A DNA stretch of 64,000 nucleotides from the NCBI GenBank assembly GCA_023248635.1, contig JAHFED010000015.1, forward strand, positions 25,177-89,176. Reading direction: 5' to 3'. The notes below the pieces were generated by a model. The model ran no database searches, was not told the DNA's origin, and worked only from the letters and a program-made list of their open reading frames with translations. The stretch comes from Myxococcales bacterium (GTDB taxonomy: Bacteria; Myxococcota; UBA727; VGSZ01). Position 1 is the first letter of the stretch; each line of letters starts with the position of its first letter. Below are positions 18,683-29,121 of the stretch, in pieces. The position numbers and the translations under genes are program-made.

Positions 18683-20049
18683 GACGCCACCCGCAACACC
18701 GCGTCGTGAGCCAGCGACGCCGCCACCAAGGCCGCCAGGGGCAGGAGCAGACGAATCCCCTGCTGCAACGACACACTGACGGTCTGTTTCAAGCTCGGTC
18801 GCGGCAGGCCGCCCACCCGCAACACCAAGCCGCTGATCCCCACCGCTGCCAACAAGAGGGAGGAAGCGCAGACGCCAGCGGCGACGCCGGTCTCGGGGCC
18901 TTTTCTCAGCAGGCCGGCGAGCGCAGGCCACAGGCCGGTGGCGGTGCCGGGCCCCGGCAGTCCGCACAGCGCCCAGAGGGACATTGGCAAGAGCAGGCCC
19001 AACGAGGGCGCGACCTGCAGCAAGCCCCTGAGCTCGGTGGTGCGCCGGGTCTCGAGGCGCCGCTCCACGGCCTCGACCAGCATCAAGGCCCAAGAAGCGC
19101 TGAATCCCGTCAGCGCCGCCAAGCCCACAGCGACCGGTCCAGCACCGCAGATGGCGACGAGGGCGGTCACCGATCCCAGGGCCCCCAACAGGTGCGCCAC
19201 CATGCGGCGGAGGTCGCGCTCGGCCATCACCAGCGCTCCGCCGATGGCACAACCCACCGCCAATACGCCGGCCAGGGAGGGGATGACCCGTGCCAGAGCT
19301 TCGGCGCCGCCGCCCACCCGCTCCAGGAGGGCAACGGATCGGCACAGCAACACAGCCCCCACCGGCGCCACCATCCCGCCCATCAGACAGGCTGCTGCCA
19401 CGGGGGACTGTTCGAGGGCCGGCAAGGCCCACAGCCCGTGGGGACCCGCCGCCAACCGGACCAGCCCCGGCCCCAGCAGCGCAACCACGACCCAGGCACC
19501 CCCTCCGGTCACCGGCCCCTGCTGGACCAGCACCAAAGCTCCAAGGGCTGCGCCGTCCAACAACAGCCACAGTGCGGCTGCCCTCAAGGTGACAGAGCCG
19601 CGCTCGGGCCCCCCAAAAAGGGCCACCAAGGCAAAGAAGGGAACAGCGGCCACCATCGCAACGGCCGTGGCGGCGACGACGTCGTCGACCAGCACGGCCA
19701 CCAGCGATCCGCTCTCGGCCAGCAAGATGGCGGCGACGTAGGCCTGGAGTCCGTGGCTCACCCGCGGTGCTCCCGCGCGCAGGGCCATCGGCGTCACCCC
19801 GAGGATCACCACCGCCGCCGGCAGGGCCACGCCGGAAAAGCGCAGCGAAGCCGCAACAGGCAGGACGAGCGTGGCGCCAGGAGCCTCAAAGAGCAGGGCC
19901 AGGCCGGGCACCAGGGCCAACAGGCCGCTGACGACGCCGACGGCGCGGAGGGTCAAGCGGTCGTCGGCGGGGACCACCAGCGCGAAGGCGCCCCCCAGCA
20001 GGGGCAGCAACACCATCAGCGCGATGAGCAGGTCAGGCGCCAGGCGCAT
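18679..20049 (-). CDS. NuoM-like antiporter-type membrane subunit, highly divergent
   Basis: ERDLRRMVAH, VERRLETRRTTELRGL, GLPGPG; polytopic hydrophobic protein. Confidence 0.78.
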   Translation of the reverse strand: MRLAPDLLIALMVLLPLLGGAFALVVPADDRLTLRAVGVVSGLLALVPGLALLFEAPGATLVLPVAASLRFSGVALPAAVVILGVTPMALRAGAPRVSHGLQAYVAAILLAESGSLVAVLVDDVVAATAVAMVAAVPFFALVALFGGPERGSVTLRAAALWLLLDGAALGALVLVQQGPVTGGGAWVVVALLGPGLVRLAAGPHGLWALPALEQSPVAAACLMGGMVAPVGAVLLCRSVALLERVGGGAEALARVIPSLAGVLAVGCAIGGALVMAERDLRRMVAHLLGALGSVTALVAICGAGPVAVGLAALTGFSASWALMLVEAVERRLETRRTTELRGLLQVAPSLGLLLPMSLWALCGLPGPGTATGLWPALAGLLRKGPETGVAAGVCASSLLLAAVGISGLVLRVGGLPRPSLKQTVSVSLQQGIRLLLPLAALVAASLAHDAVLRVAS

Positions 20050-20052
20050 GTC

Positions 20053-22095
20053 TTAGCCCGTCCCCGGCGTACGGCCGAGCCAGAGCAGGCCGGCGGCAGC
20101 CAACAAAGCGAGGAAGAAAGCCTGCTGAGCGCCACCGTTTTGCAGCAGCCGCAGCCCAAAGGCCGTGACCGCCGCAAAGGCAGCCGGCAGGCGGTGCAGC
20201 ACGACAGACAAGACCGCCGGCACGAGGTTGACCGCCAAGAGGCGCGACAGGCGCTCCACGCTTTCTTGGACGGACCGAGCCACGAGGCTGTCCTGCCCGG
20301 CGAGGCGCGCCAACCAGCGGGCCAGCGCAGCGACCGCGGTTTCGTCGGCGCCTTTTTCTCCCGCAAGCACGCGCCCCCGACCCCGGCGCCACCACAAGGC
20401 CGAGGTCAGCCAGGGCAGCAGCCCAAGCCCCAGCACGAGCAGCGCGAAGGTGGCCTGGCTCAGAGGCGGCGGCGCCTGGGCGGCGATAAAGAGCTCTCGC
20501 ACCGGCGTGCTTTGGACCAAGCTCGGCCGCACAAAGCTCGTCAGCACTGGGTCCAAGCTGAGCTCCCAAGGCAAGAGCTCCAAGAGCCCCTGGGGCACCG
20601 CCAGCAGCGTCAGCGCCGACGCCGCCAGAGCAACGACCCAGGGTGCCAACGTCGACGCCAGACCCGACTCGACGACGTCCGCAGTGGTTGCTTCGGGGCG
20701 CGCTCCAGTGAAGACCAGGTGCAGCGCGCGCCAGCCCGCCAGTCCCACCAGCACCACGCCGAGGACGACGGCGACGACGACGCCCGCGGGGATCCGGGTC
20801 GAAAAGACCGCGGCCTGCACAGCACGGTCGACGACGACGAAGCCGGCGAAGGGGGGGAGGGCGGCGATGCCGGCGGTGAGCAGCAGGCGCGCGGAGTGAG
20901 TGCGGGGGAGCAGGGGCTCGAGGCCTCCCAAGGCCCGGGGATCGCGGGACCCGCTGCGCTCGACCACTTCGGCGAAGGCCCACGGCAGGCCCAAGCCGGC
21001 GCTCATGAGGAAGAGGCCGGCGAAGGCGACACCGACGACGTCTTGGGTGCCGGCGCAGATGGCCATGAGGCCCGAAAAGGCCGCGAGCAGATGGGCGTCG
21101 AGGCGCAGCAGGTCACGCCCGGCCAGGGCGAGCACCCCAGCCCCCAGCAAGGTGAGGGCGCCAACGACGACCAGGCCGTCTTGCACTTCGGGAGACAGCG
21201 CGATGATGGGGTGCAGCCGCAGCAGGAGGATCGCCGCGCAGCCCTGCAGGCCGAGCCCGTGGACCAGGCCCAAGAGCGGGGCGGGGGTGTGGGGATCGGC
21301 GGTGGCGTCGCGCAGCCAGGGCCAGCACAACCAGCCGGCGCGGGAGGCAACGCCGGTCACCAGGCCGATGCCAGCGATGAACCACAGGGTGCGGTGGGCG
21401 AAGCCGTCGAAGGCGCCGCTGCTCAGGCGCTCCCAGGGGGACAGCGCGTCGGCTGCGAGGAGTTGGGTGAAGCTGAGATCCGCCGTCGACGACAACGACG
21501 CCGTCAACGCCGCCAGGGCGACCAGCAGCCCGGCGTCGCCGATGCGCTGGACGCCAAAGAGCTGGATCAGGCCTCCGCCGCCGCCGGCGAGCCCCAAGGC
21601 AAGCGCAACGACGGCCCCTGACAGCGCGGCCGCGGCGACGACGTGCGCGGGGTGGTCCGCCAAGACCACCACCAACACGCTGGCTTCCAGCAGCAGCCCC
21701 GCACCCACCGCCGACGGCGTCACACCGCTGTGGCGCCGCGCCCATCCCAGGGCCAGTCCGACGTTGCCTGCGGCGCCGATGAGGGCCGTGGCCAGCAGCA
21801 GGGGCGCGGTGAGGGGCTCCAGCACCAGCGGAAGGAAGGGGCCCAGGCCGGCGGGTGCGAGATCGGCGCACAAACGGGCACCGACGAAGCCGCCGACGCC
21901 GACATAGCGAAAGCCACCGACCTCGGCCAGAGTGAGCAGGCACGACCCAGCCAGCACGGCGACGACGACGACGACGACGACGACCCCCAGGCTCCGGGTC
22001 CACCTCGGTGCGCGGGCGCTCAAGAACAAGCCGGCTGCCGCCACCAGCAAGAGGGTGGGGAGCAGCGCCAGGGTGGGAAAGGGGAGCTCCTTCAC
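20053..22095 (-). CDS. NuoL-like antiporter-type membrane subunit, highly divergent
   Basis: QRIGDAG, WLRDA..PHTPAP, RALGGL, AALPPFAGF, LRLLQNG; GTG 22095 overlaps the nuoK-like stop. Confidence 0.8.
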   Translation of the reverse strand: MKELPFPTLALLPTLLLVAAAGLFLSARAPRWTRSLGVVVVVVVVAVLAGSCLLTLAEVGGFRYVGVGGFVGARLCADLAPAGLGPFLPLVLEPLTAPLLLATALIGAAGNVGLALGWARRHSGVTPSAVGAGLLLEASVLVVVLADHPAHVVAAAALSGAVVALALGLAGGGGGLIQLFGVQRIGDAGLLVALAALTASLSSTADLSFTQLLAADALSPWERLSSGAFDGFAHRTLWFIAGIGLVTGVASRAGWLCWPWLRDATADPHTPAPLLGLVHGLGLQGCAAILLLRLHPIIALSPEVQDGLVVVGALTLLGAGVLALAGRDLLRLDAHLLAAFSGLMAICAGTQDVVGVAFAGLFLMSAGLGLPWAFAEVVERSGSRDPRALGGLEPLLPRTHSARLLLTAGIAALPPFAGFVVVDRAVQAAVFSTRIPAGVVVAVVLGVVLVGLAGWRALHLVFTGARPEATTADVVESGLASTLAPWVVALAASALTLLAVPQGLLELLPWELSLDPVLTSFVRPSLVQSTPVRELFIAAQAPPPLSQATFALLVLGLGLLPWLTSALWWRRGRGRVLAGEKGADETAVAALARWLARLAGQDSLVARSVQESVERLSRLLAVNLVPAVLSVVLHRLPAAFAAVTAFGLRLLQNGGAQQAFFLALLAAAGLLWLGRTPGTG

Positions 22096-22373
22096 CCGCG
22101 CAGCTCGCGCAACTCGTCGACATGGTCCGCACCCCGGCGGCGGTGAACAGCGACGGCTGCCCCCACGACGACCAGAGCAACGGCCGCGCCGGCAACCACC
22201 AACACGGCGGCGGCGGCGAGCTTGCCTTGGCTGCCCGCGGCGAGGGCCAGCCCCAAGGTGCCCAACTGCGCGCCCAGGGCCACAGCGAGGAGGGAACGCC
22301 GCAAGAGCAGCATGGCCAAGCCCAGGCCCAGCAAGAGCAGTCCGGTGCCGACGCCGACGCCGACGACGTTCAT
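22092..22373 (-). CDS. NuoK-like subunit (93 aa)
   Basis: Three TM segments, LLRRSLL, C-terminal HRRRGADHVDELRELRG; position between J-like and L-like genes. Confidence 0.8.
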   Translation of the reverse strand: MNVVGVGVGTGLLLLGLGLAMLLLRRSLLAVALGAQLGTLGLALAAGSQGKLAAAAVLVVAGAAVALVVVGAAVAVHRRRGADHVDELRELRG

Positions 22374-22825
22374 GCGGCCTCTCGTCGTCGAGCAAGCAGG
22401 AGCACCGCGGGTCCCGCCGACGCCAAGGCCAACAGGGCCAGCAGGGCCGCGTCGCTGGTCGGGCTGCTCGACGTCGTGCGGGACACGACGGCAAGAGGCA
22501 GCGGCCACAGGACGAAGCCCGTCAGGACCACGGGGAGCAGCATCAGCAAACGCCACGGCCGCAGCGTGCGCGGGGGGCGGCCATCGAGATCGACGACGAC
22601 GACACCGGCAGCGACGGGCAGCAGCAGGCCCATGCCTCCCACCAAGAGCAAGATCGCGAGCGCTGGGCCTTGGGTGGCGAGTCCCAACCCCGCACTGCCG
22701 ACGACGACGACCAACACCGAGACCACAGTGCTGCTCAGGCGCGAGGTGCACAGGGCGCCGATGCCCCCGAGGAGGGTGATGAGCGCGACGACGACGACGG
22801 CGGAGAGGGGCACGGCTTCGGGCAC
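22370..22825 (-). CDS. NuoJ-like subunit, divergent
   Basis: About five TM segments, first gene of the J-K-L-M-N run, ATGA overlap with the nuoK-like gene; GTG 22825. Confidence 0.65.
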   Translation of the reverse strand: MPEAVPLSAVVVVALITLLGGIGALCTSRLSSTVVSVLVVVVGSAGLGLATQGPALAILLLVGGMGLLLPVAAGVVVVDLDGRPPRTLRPWRLLMLLPVVLTGFVLWPLPLAVVSRTTSSSPTSDAALLALLALASAGPAVLLLARRREAA

Positions 22826-22841
22826 CGAGCCTTGTACCGGA

Positions 22842-22907
22842 AATTCATCGCCGCCAGGCGATGAACGTGTAGACGATTCACCGACACGCGAAGCGTGTCG
22901 GTGAATT
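22842..22907 (-). repeat. Dispersed double-hairpin REP-like repeat (reverse orientation)
   Basis: AATTCATCGCCGCCAGGCGATGAAC-GTGTAGAC-GATTCACCGACACGCGAAGCGTGTCGGTGAATT. Confidence 0.85.
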
Positions 22908-23128
22908 TCGCCCGTTGGAGGACATCGCCGGCGGCGCGGCCCTCCGGGGTCAACAATCGCTTGCTGTCGTCGCGACTCGAGCTTTTGCCCGAGCACCGTG
23001 CTTGAGGTTGGATGACGACGAAGAAGCACAGCCCGAGGTCGTTGGCGATCGGGTGTTCTGACGTCCGTCGTGCGTCCGGTGGCGGTGGCTTCGAGGCTGG
23101 GCTGATCTTGGGCTGCGTGGAGGACCTC

Positions 23129-24151
<1,023 letters not shown>

Positions 24152-24255
24152 CCTGCTGATGTTCCCGCCGCGTTGCCCAGCGAGGAGGGAGGAGCTTCGG
24201 ATCCACCGCGGCCCGGAGGTCGACGTGGTCCGAGGTTTTCGGGCATCTTCTTGCC

Positions 24256-25530
24256 ATGCTCGTCGCCGCCCTGACCCTCCTGCTTGCTGCTGCCGATTCG
24301 CCCGGCCTTCCCGCCGCCACGGGTGACGTCACCAGCTTGCCGGTCTTCGTCGACGAAGGGGTGCTGCTCGATGTGCTCAACACCCTGCTGCTGTCGGCGC
24401 AGGAGCCCGGACGTGTGGCCATCATCGTCGATGACACCGATGGCATTCGTCGGCTCTCCCTCGAGCGCAGCCTCGTGCGCACCATGCGCGATCGACGACG
24501 AGAGGAGGTCATCACGCCGGCTCTGGTCAAGGCCTCACTCGACGCCGCCGCCGAGGCCCAGCTCGTGGGGGGGCATGCCCAGGCGGCGACGTCGCTGGCC
24601 GCCGATCACGTGATCACGGCGAGCATCGTGGACCAGGGCGGCAAAGCCGTCTTGCGCCTGCAGTTGCTCTACACCGAGAGCGGTGCAGTGCTGGGCACCC
24701 AGTCCGTCGACGTCGATGGTGCGGCGCAGGCCTCGACGGCCCGCTCCCTCGACGTGCGCACCGCGGCCACCGACCTGGCCGATGTGATCGCCGAGGGGGT
24801 GGAGAACCGCGGTGTCGACGTCAGGACCCACCGCATCGCCGTGGCGCCAGCTCAAGCCACTGGAGCCGCCAAAGAAGCCCGCCTCGATCGCTTCGTGCAA
24901 AGCGAGCTCACGTCCGCCTTGCGCACGCGCGGCTTTCTCGTCGTCGAACGGGCCCGACTCTCGGCGGCGATGGAGCAACTCACCATCCAGGAGCTCACGG
25001 GCACCGAGCGCGTCGCCGAGCTGGGGGCGCTGCTGGGAGCGCAATCCATCGTGTTGGCGCAAGTGTCTGAGGCCGGGACGACCTTCATCATCAGCGCTCG
25101 CGCCGTGGCCATCGACACCAGCGAGGTCCTCGGCGCCGCTTCGGCCACCATCGTTCGTGACGACGTCGTCTCTCTGGCGGCAGTGGAGACGCGCACGCCC
25201 GGAGAGGCCGCGGTGCGCTCCGCCGTCGCGCCGGGCTGGGGACAAGCATTCAATGGCGACGGCGTCAAAGCCGTGCTCTTTGGCATCTCGACCTATGGGG
25301 CGTTGGCGACCACGGTGGGCCTCGGCGTCGGAGCGGGGGCGTCTTTGGCGGGCTACAACGGCATCACCGTCGGCGAAGGCCTCACGGCGGAGGAAGCGGG
25401 CCAAAAAGCCGTCGACCTGCGCAACCAGACCAACGCCCTGCTGACGGCAACAGCGGTGGCGGGAGCGGTGACGGCGTCGGTGTGGTCGCTGAACGTCATC
25501 GACGCGCTCTTGTCGTCGCCCCCCGACTGA
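24256..25530 (+). CDS. Exported CsgG/FlgO-like domain protein with C-terminal membrane (DUF5683-like) region
   Basis: Signal peptide; GFLVVERARL..ELGALLGAQSIV..ISARAVAIDTSEVL; AVRSAVAPGWGQ.FNG. Confidence 0.65.
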   Translation: MLVAALTLLLAAADSPGLPAATGDVTSLPVFVDEGVLLDVLNTLLLSAQEPGRVAIIVDDTDGIRRLSLERSLVRTMRDRRREEVITPALVKASLDAAAEAQLVGGHAQAATSLAADHVITASIVDQGGKAVLRLQLLYTESGAVLGTQSVDVDGAAQASTARSLDVRTAATDLADVIAEGVENRGVDVRTHRIAVAPAQATGAAKEARLDRFVQSELTSALRTRGFLVVERARLSAAMEQLTIQELTGTERVAELGALLGAQSIVLAQVSEAGTTFIISARAVAIDTSEVLGAASATIVRDDVVSLAAVETRTPGEAAVRSAVAPGWGQAFNGDGVKAVLFGISTYGALATTVGLGVGAGASLAGYNGITVGEGLTAEEAGQKAVDLRNQTNALLTATAVAGAVTASVWSLNVIDALLSSPPD

Positions 25531-25576
25531 GGTTCTTGGGTTGTCGTCTCGTTCACACTGACGTCTGCTGTGCCGC

Positions 25577-27055
25577 GTGAACCCCGAGAAACTGCTCGAA
25601 GCCCTGCTCTTGCTCGACGCCATCGTTGCCGATCGCCGCCTGCTCGCTGACGTCGACGCCGCCGCCCGAGAGCGACTCCAGCGGGTCTGCGGCGAGATCG
25701 CCCGTCCCGATCTGAAGCAAAGGAAGAGACTCCAGAAGGAGCTTCTTCGACGAACGAATGACGAAAAAAGAGCCCAAGACGAGCAACTCCGACAGTTGAC
25801 TGCGATTCGTCAATTGCGCGCGAAGCCGGTCTATTCGACGCCGCCGCCCACCTCTGATCAGGTGAACCCCACCTTGGAAACGGAGGTCCGGCCTGGACCC
25901 GGACTGCACACGGACCGCGTCTGCTACGTCTGCAAGAAGTCGTATCAGAATCTTCATTTCTTCTACGATCAACTTTGCCAATCCTGTGGAGATATTAGTT
26001 ATCAAAAACGAGCGCCGAGCGGCGATTTGACCGGCCGCACGGCGGTGATCACCGGGGCGCGGGTGAAGATCGGCTACCACGCGGCGATCTTGCTGCTGCG
26101 CAATGGCTGCGACGTCGTCGTCACCACCCGTTTTCCCCGGGACGGCGCTGCTCGTTTCGCGCGGGAGCCCGACTTCGACGTCTGGAAGGACCGCCTCAGC
26201 CTCTACGGCCTCGACCTGCGCCACACGCCCTCGGTCGACGCCTTGGCCCGCCACTTGTCGACGACGCTCCCGCGCTTGGACTTCCTGCTGCACAACGCCT
26301 GTCAGACCGTGCGCCGGCCCCCGGGCTTCTATGCCCATCTGCTCGAACAGGAGCTCAAGCCCCTGGCCTCCCTCCCTGCTGCACAGCGCCGCATCGTCGA
26401 AGCCGACGACGCCTTTCGGGCCCATGATCCGGCTCTGCCCCTGCCAGCACAGATGAGCCAGCTGGAAAGCGAGCAGCCCGCGCTGCCGTCGTCGACGTCG
26501 TCGCTGGCCTCGATTTTCCCGGCCGGGGCTCTCGATCAAGACCTGCAGCAGATCGACCTGCGCGCCCACAATTCCTGGCGTGCCGCCCTCGGCGAGGTGC
26601 CCACGCTCGAGCTGCTCGAAGTGTTGCTGGTGAATGCTGCCGCCCCTTTCGTGCTCACCTCAAAGCTGCGGCCCCTGCTGGCCCGCGACAATGTCGGCCG
26701 CGACCGCCACGTCGTCAACGTCAGCGCCATGGAGGGCCAGTTCTACCGGGCCAACAAGACCAGCAAGCATCCCCACACCAACATGGCCAAGGCCGCGCTC
26801 AACATGTTGACGCGCACCTCGGCCCAAGACCTGGCCCAAGACGGTGTGTGGATGAACGCCGTCGACACCGGCTGGGTCACCGACGAAGATCCGACCCATC
26901 TCGCGGCCCTCAAGGTCAAAGAGCACCGCTTCAGCCCGCCTCTCGACGTCGTCGACGGCGCAGCCCGCATCGTCGATCCCATCTTTGCGGGGCTGCACAC
27001 CGGCAAGCACGCCTGCGGCGTCTTTTTCAAGGACTACCTGCCCGCGCGCTGGTGA
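25577..27055 (+). CDS. SDR family oxidoreductase with N-terminal CxxC motifs
   Basis: CYVCK..CQSC, ITGARVKIG, VNVSAMEG, HTNMAKAALNM, AVDTGW. Confidence 0.88.
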   Translation: MNPEKLLEALLLLDAIVADRRLLADVDAAARERLQRVCGEIARPDLKQRKRLQKELLRRTNDEKRAQDEQLRQLTAIRQLRAKPVYSTPPPTSDQVNPTLETEVRPGPGLHTDRVCYVCKKSYQNLHFFYDQLCQSCGDISYQKRAPSGDLTGRTAVITGARVKIGYHAAILLLRNGCDVVVTTRFPRDGAARFAREPDFDVWKDRLSLYGLDLRHTPSVDALARHLSTTLPRLDFLLHNACQTVRRPPGFYAHLLEQELKPLASLPAAQRRIVEADDAFRAHDPALPLPAQMSQLESEQPALPSSTSSLASIFPAGALDQDLQQIDLRAHNSWRAALGEVPTLELLEVLLVNAAAPFVLTSKLRPLLARDNVGRDRHVVNVSAMEGQFYRANKTSKHPHTNMAKAALNMLTRTSAQDLAQDGVWMNAVDTGWVTDEDPTHLAALKVKEHRFSPPLDVVDGAARIVDPIFAGLHTGKHACGVFFKDYLPARW

Positions 27056-27102
27056 AGGCGACGGCTCCCAGCGGCGAGCGAGCCTGAAAAAAGCGGTGTA
27101 GC

Positions 27103-29121
27103 GTGCGCCTTCAGCGAAGGACCTACGTGAGCGGTGGCCGTCCCAATCAGGTGTTGCTCGTCGGCGACGCGTGTGCGCGCCTGGACATCGATTTCATCCC
27201 CTACGGATTGACGTGTGATTGGGTTGGCGGCGCCACCGACGCTGTGAGCAGGCTGCAGGCCACCCCCTACGCTTTCGTCGTCGTGGCCGCCGCGCTGCCA
27301 GACATGCACGGCGTCGCCTTCGTCGAAGGCTTGCTGCGGCACTTCGATCCCACCCTCGCGGTGCTCTACGGTGACGTCGACGCCGCCCAGGCCCAGGCGC
27401 TGGCGCGCTCGCCCAAGGTGGCGTTTTTTCCCGCAGCCGTCGAAGGCGTGGTCATCGGCCACCACCTCTTTCAACGCGTGAGTAGCAGCGCCCCGCCACC
27501 GCCCATGCACCAGCCGCCGCCGCCGCCGTTTTCTGCTGCGTTTTCGTCCTTGAGCCCCAATTTCGTCTCCGTCCCCAATTTCGGCACCCCTGCCAGCAAC
27601 TTCGCTGCGCCCGTGCTGGGGCCGCCGGCCGGCCTGCCGCTCTCCCAAACGCCGGGTGCCTGGCCCCAGACGGCGCCGCTCGGACCTCGCCCCAACACGA
27701 CGATGCCTTTCTTCGCCGCTTTCGGCGGGCAACCGGTCCCGCCCAGCCCCATGCCCGCGTCGATGTTCCCGGCGCCAGCCGCCGAAGACCGCGGATTGAT
27801 GGCGAAGCTCGAGACCATCGCCGAGGAGCTGGGTCGCGCCCACGGCGAAATCGGCTCCCTGCGGGCTCGGGTGGAGCTTGCCGAGGGGGAGCGCGACAAC
27901 GCCCAGGTGGAGCTCCAGTTGGTGCGGCGCGAGTGCTCTCAGCTCGGCGTCGACCTGAGGGCACTGCGCGAGCAGGAGCAGCGGCTTCGGCAGCAACTGG
28001 TGGACGCCCATGCCGATGGCGAGCAGCACGAGGCCGACGTCGGCGTTGCCCAGCGCGCCATGGCCGAGCTGGCGGCGAGCCTGGTAGAGATCGACGCGCT
28101 TCGGAGCCGCCTCGCGATCCAGGAGGCGGCGCACGAGAGCAAGCTGCGCGACGAAGACACGCTGCGAGCAAAGATGGAGGCCGCGCACGAACAGACCCTG
28201 CGGGACCGCCTGGCCGCCCAGCAGGCCGAGCACGAACAGCAACGCGCTGCCGACGCCGAACGTGCAGCCGGCAACGCCCTGGCCCTGCAGGCCGCCCAGC
28301 GGGCTGCCGAGCTGGTGCGCGGTGCCGAGCAGGAGAGCCACGCCGCTCTCGGCGCTGAGCAGGGCCGCCTGGCGGGGCTGCGCCTCGAGCTCGCCGCTGA
28401 ACGTGAACGCGCCGCGCGGCAGACCGCGAGCCTGAACGCTGCGCTGGCGGCCGGTCTGGTCGGCCGGGAGCTCGCGCCCGGCGACGAAGACCTGGTGCTG
28501 CACGAAGACGAAGCGAAGCTGCAGTTCGACATCGAGATCGATGGCCCCCCCGAAGGCGGCGACGACGTCGGCGTCGAAACCCGCCTGGCCTCTTTGATTG
28601 CCGCGGTGGACGGCGAGAAGGCCCGTCTCCAGGCTTTGATTGCCTCGCTGCGCGCCGAGATGGGCGAGGTGCAGGCCAGGCTCGACGACGAGCACGTGTC
28701 CCGTCGCGACACCGAGAGCGCCCTCCGCAACGACCTCAAGGAAGCTCTCGAGCGGCTGCACGAGCAGACCCTGGCGACGGAGGCGCAGGCCTTGCGCGCC
28801 GCTGATGCTGCCGCTGCCGTCGCCACCCTGCAGGCCGAGCACACGCATCTGGTGCACGAGCTCTCGAACATCCCTCCGCCCAACCAGCCCGACGTCGACG
28901 ACGCTGTCCGGGCCCGGACCCGCAACCTCCTCGAGCTCGTCAATGCGCTCGAGCCCTTCACCTGGGGATTGCAGCGGGCCTCGGTGTTCTTCGCCGAAAG
29001 AGACGTCGACGGCGGCACCGAGCACGTGCACGCCCTCCGCCTCTTGTTGATGACCCTCGAGCGGCTGCGCAGCGAGCTCGATCGCATCCACGGCGCCGCC
29101 GAACCTGGACTGGACGCGTGA
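27103..29121 (+). CDS. Pseudo-receiver / Pro-rich linker / long coiled-coil protein
   Basis: REC-like N-terminus (LPDMHGV, no acidic pocket), Pro-rich stretch, E/R/A/L heptad-rich remainder. Confidence 0.65.
   Translation: MRLQRRTYVSGGRPNQVLLVGDACARLDIDFIPYGLTCDWVGGATDAVSRLQATPYAFVVVAAALPDMHGVAFVEGLLRHFDPTLAVLYGDVDAAQAQALARSPKVAFFPAAVEGVVIGHHLFQRVSSSAPPPPMHQPPPPPFSAAFSSLSPNFVSVPNFGTPASNFAAPVLGPPAGLPLSQTPGAWPQTAPLGPRPNTTMPFFAAFGGQPVPPSPMPASMFPAPAAEDRGLMAKLETIAEELGRAHGEIGSLRARVELAEGERDNAQVELQLVRRECSQLGVDLRALREQEQRLRQQLVDAHADGEQHEADVGVAQRAMAELAASLVEIDALRSRLAIQEAAHESKLRDEDTLRAKMEAAHEQTLRDRLAAQQAEHEQQRAADAERAAGNALALQAAQRAAELVRGAEQESHAALGAEQGRLAGLRLELAAERERAARQTASLNAALAAGLVGRELAPGDEDLVLHEDEAKLQFDIEIDGPPEGGDDVGVETRLASLIAAVDGEKARLQALIASLRAEMGEVQARLDDEHVSRRDTESALRNDLKEALERLHEQTLATEAQALRAADAAAAVATLQAEHTHLVHELSNIPPPNQPDVDDAVRARTRNLLELVNALEPFTWGLQRASVFFAERDVDGGTEHVHALRLLLMTLERLRSELDRIHGAAEPGLDA

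Noticed and set aside
18502-21621. 1039-aa + strand ORF, and similar long antisense ORFs (8548-11745, 3038-4765, 48632-50962, 27034-29241)
   Set aside because: Shadow frames of real opposite-strand genes in high-GC DNA, with no recognisable motifs.
17474-22825. nuo pseudogenes or an Mrp antiporter operon
   Set aside because: No frameshifts or internal stops over 5.3 kb and gene coupling is retained; gene order and sizes fit nuoJKLMN and mrpEFG are absent.
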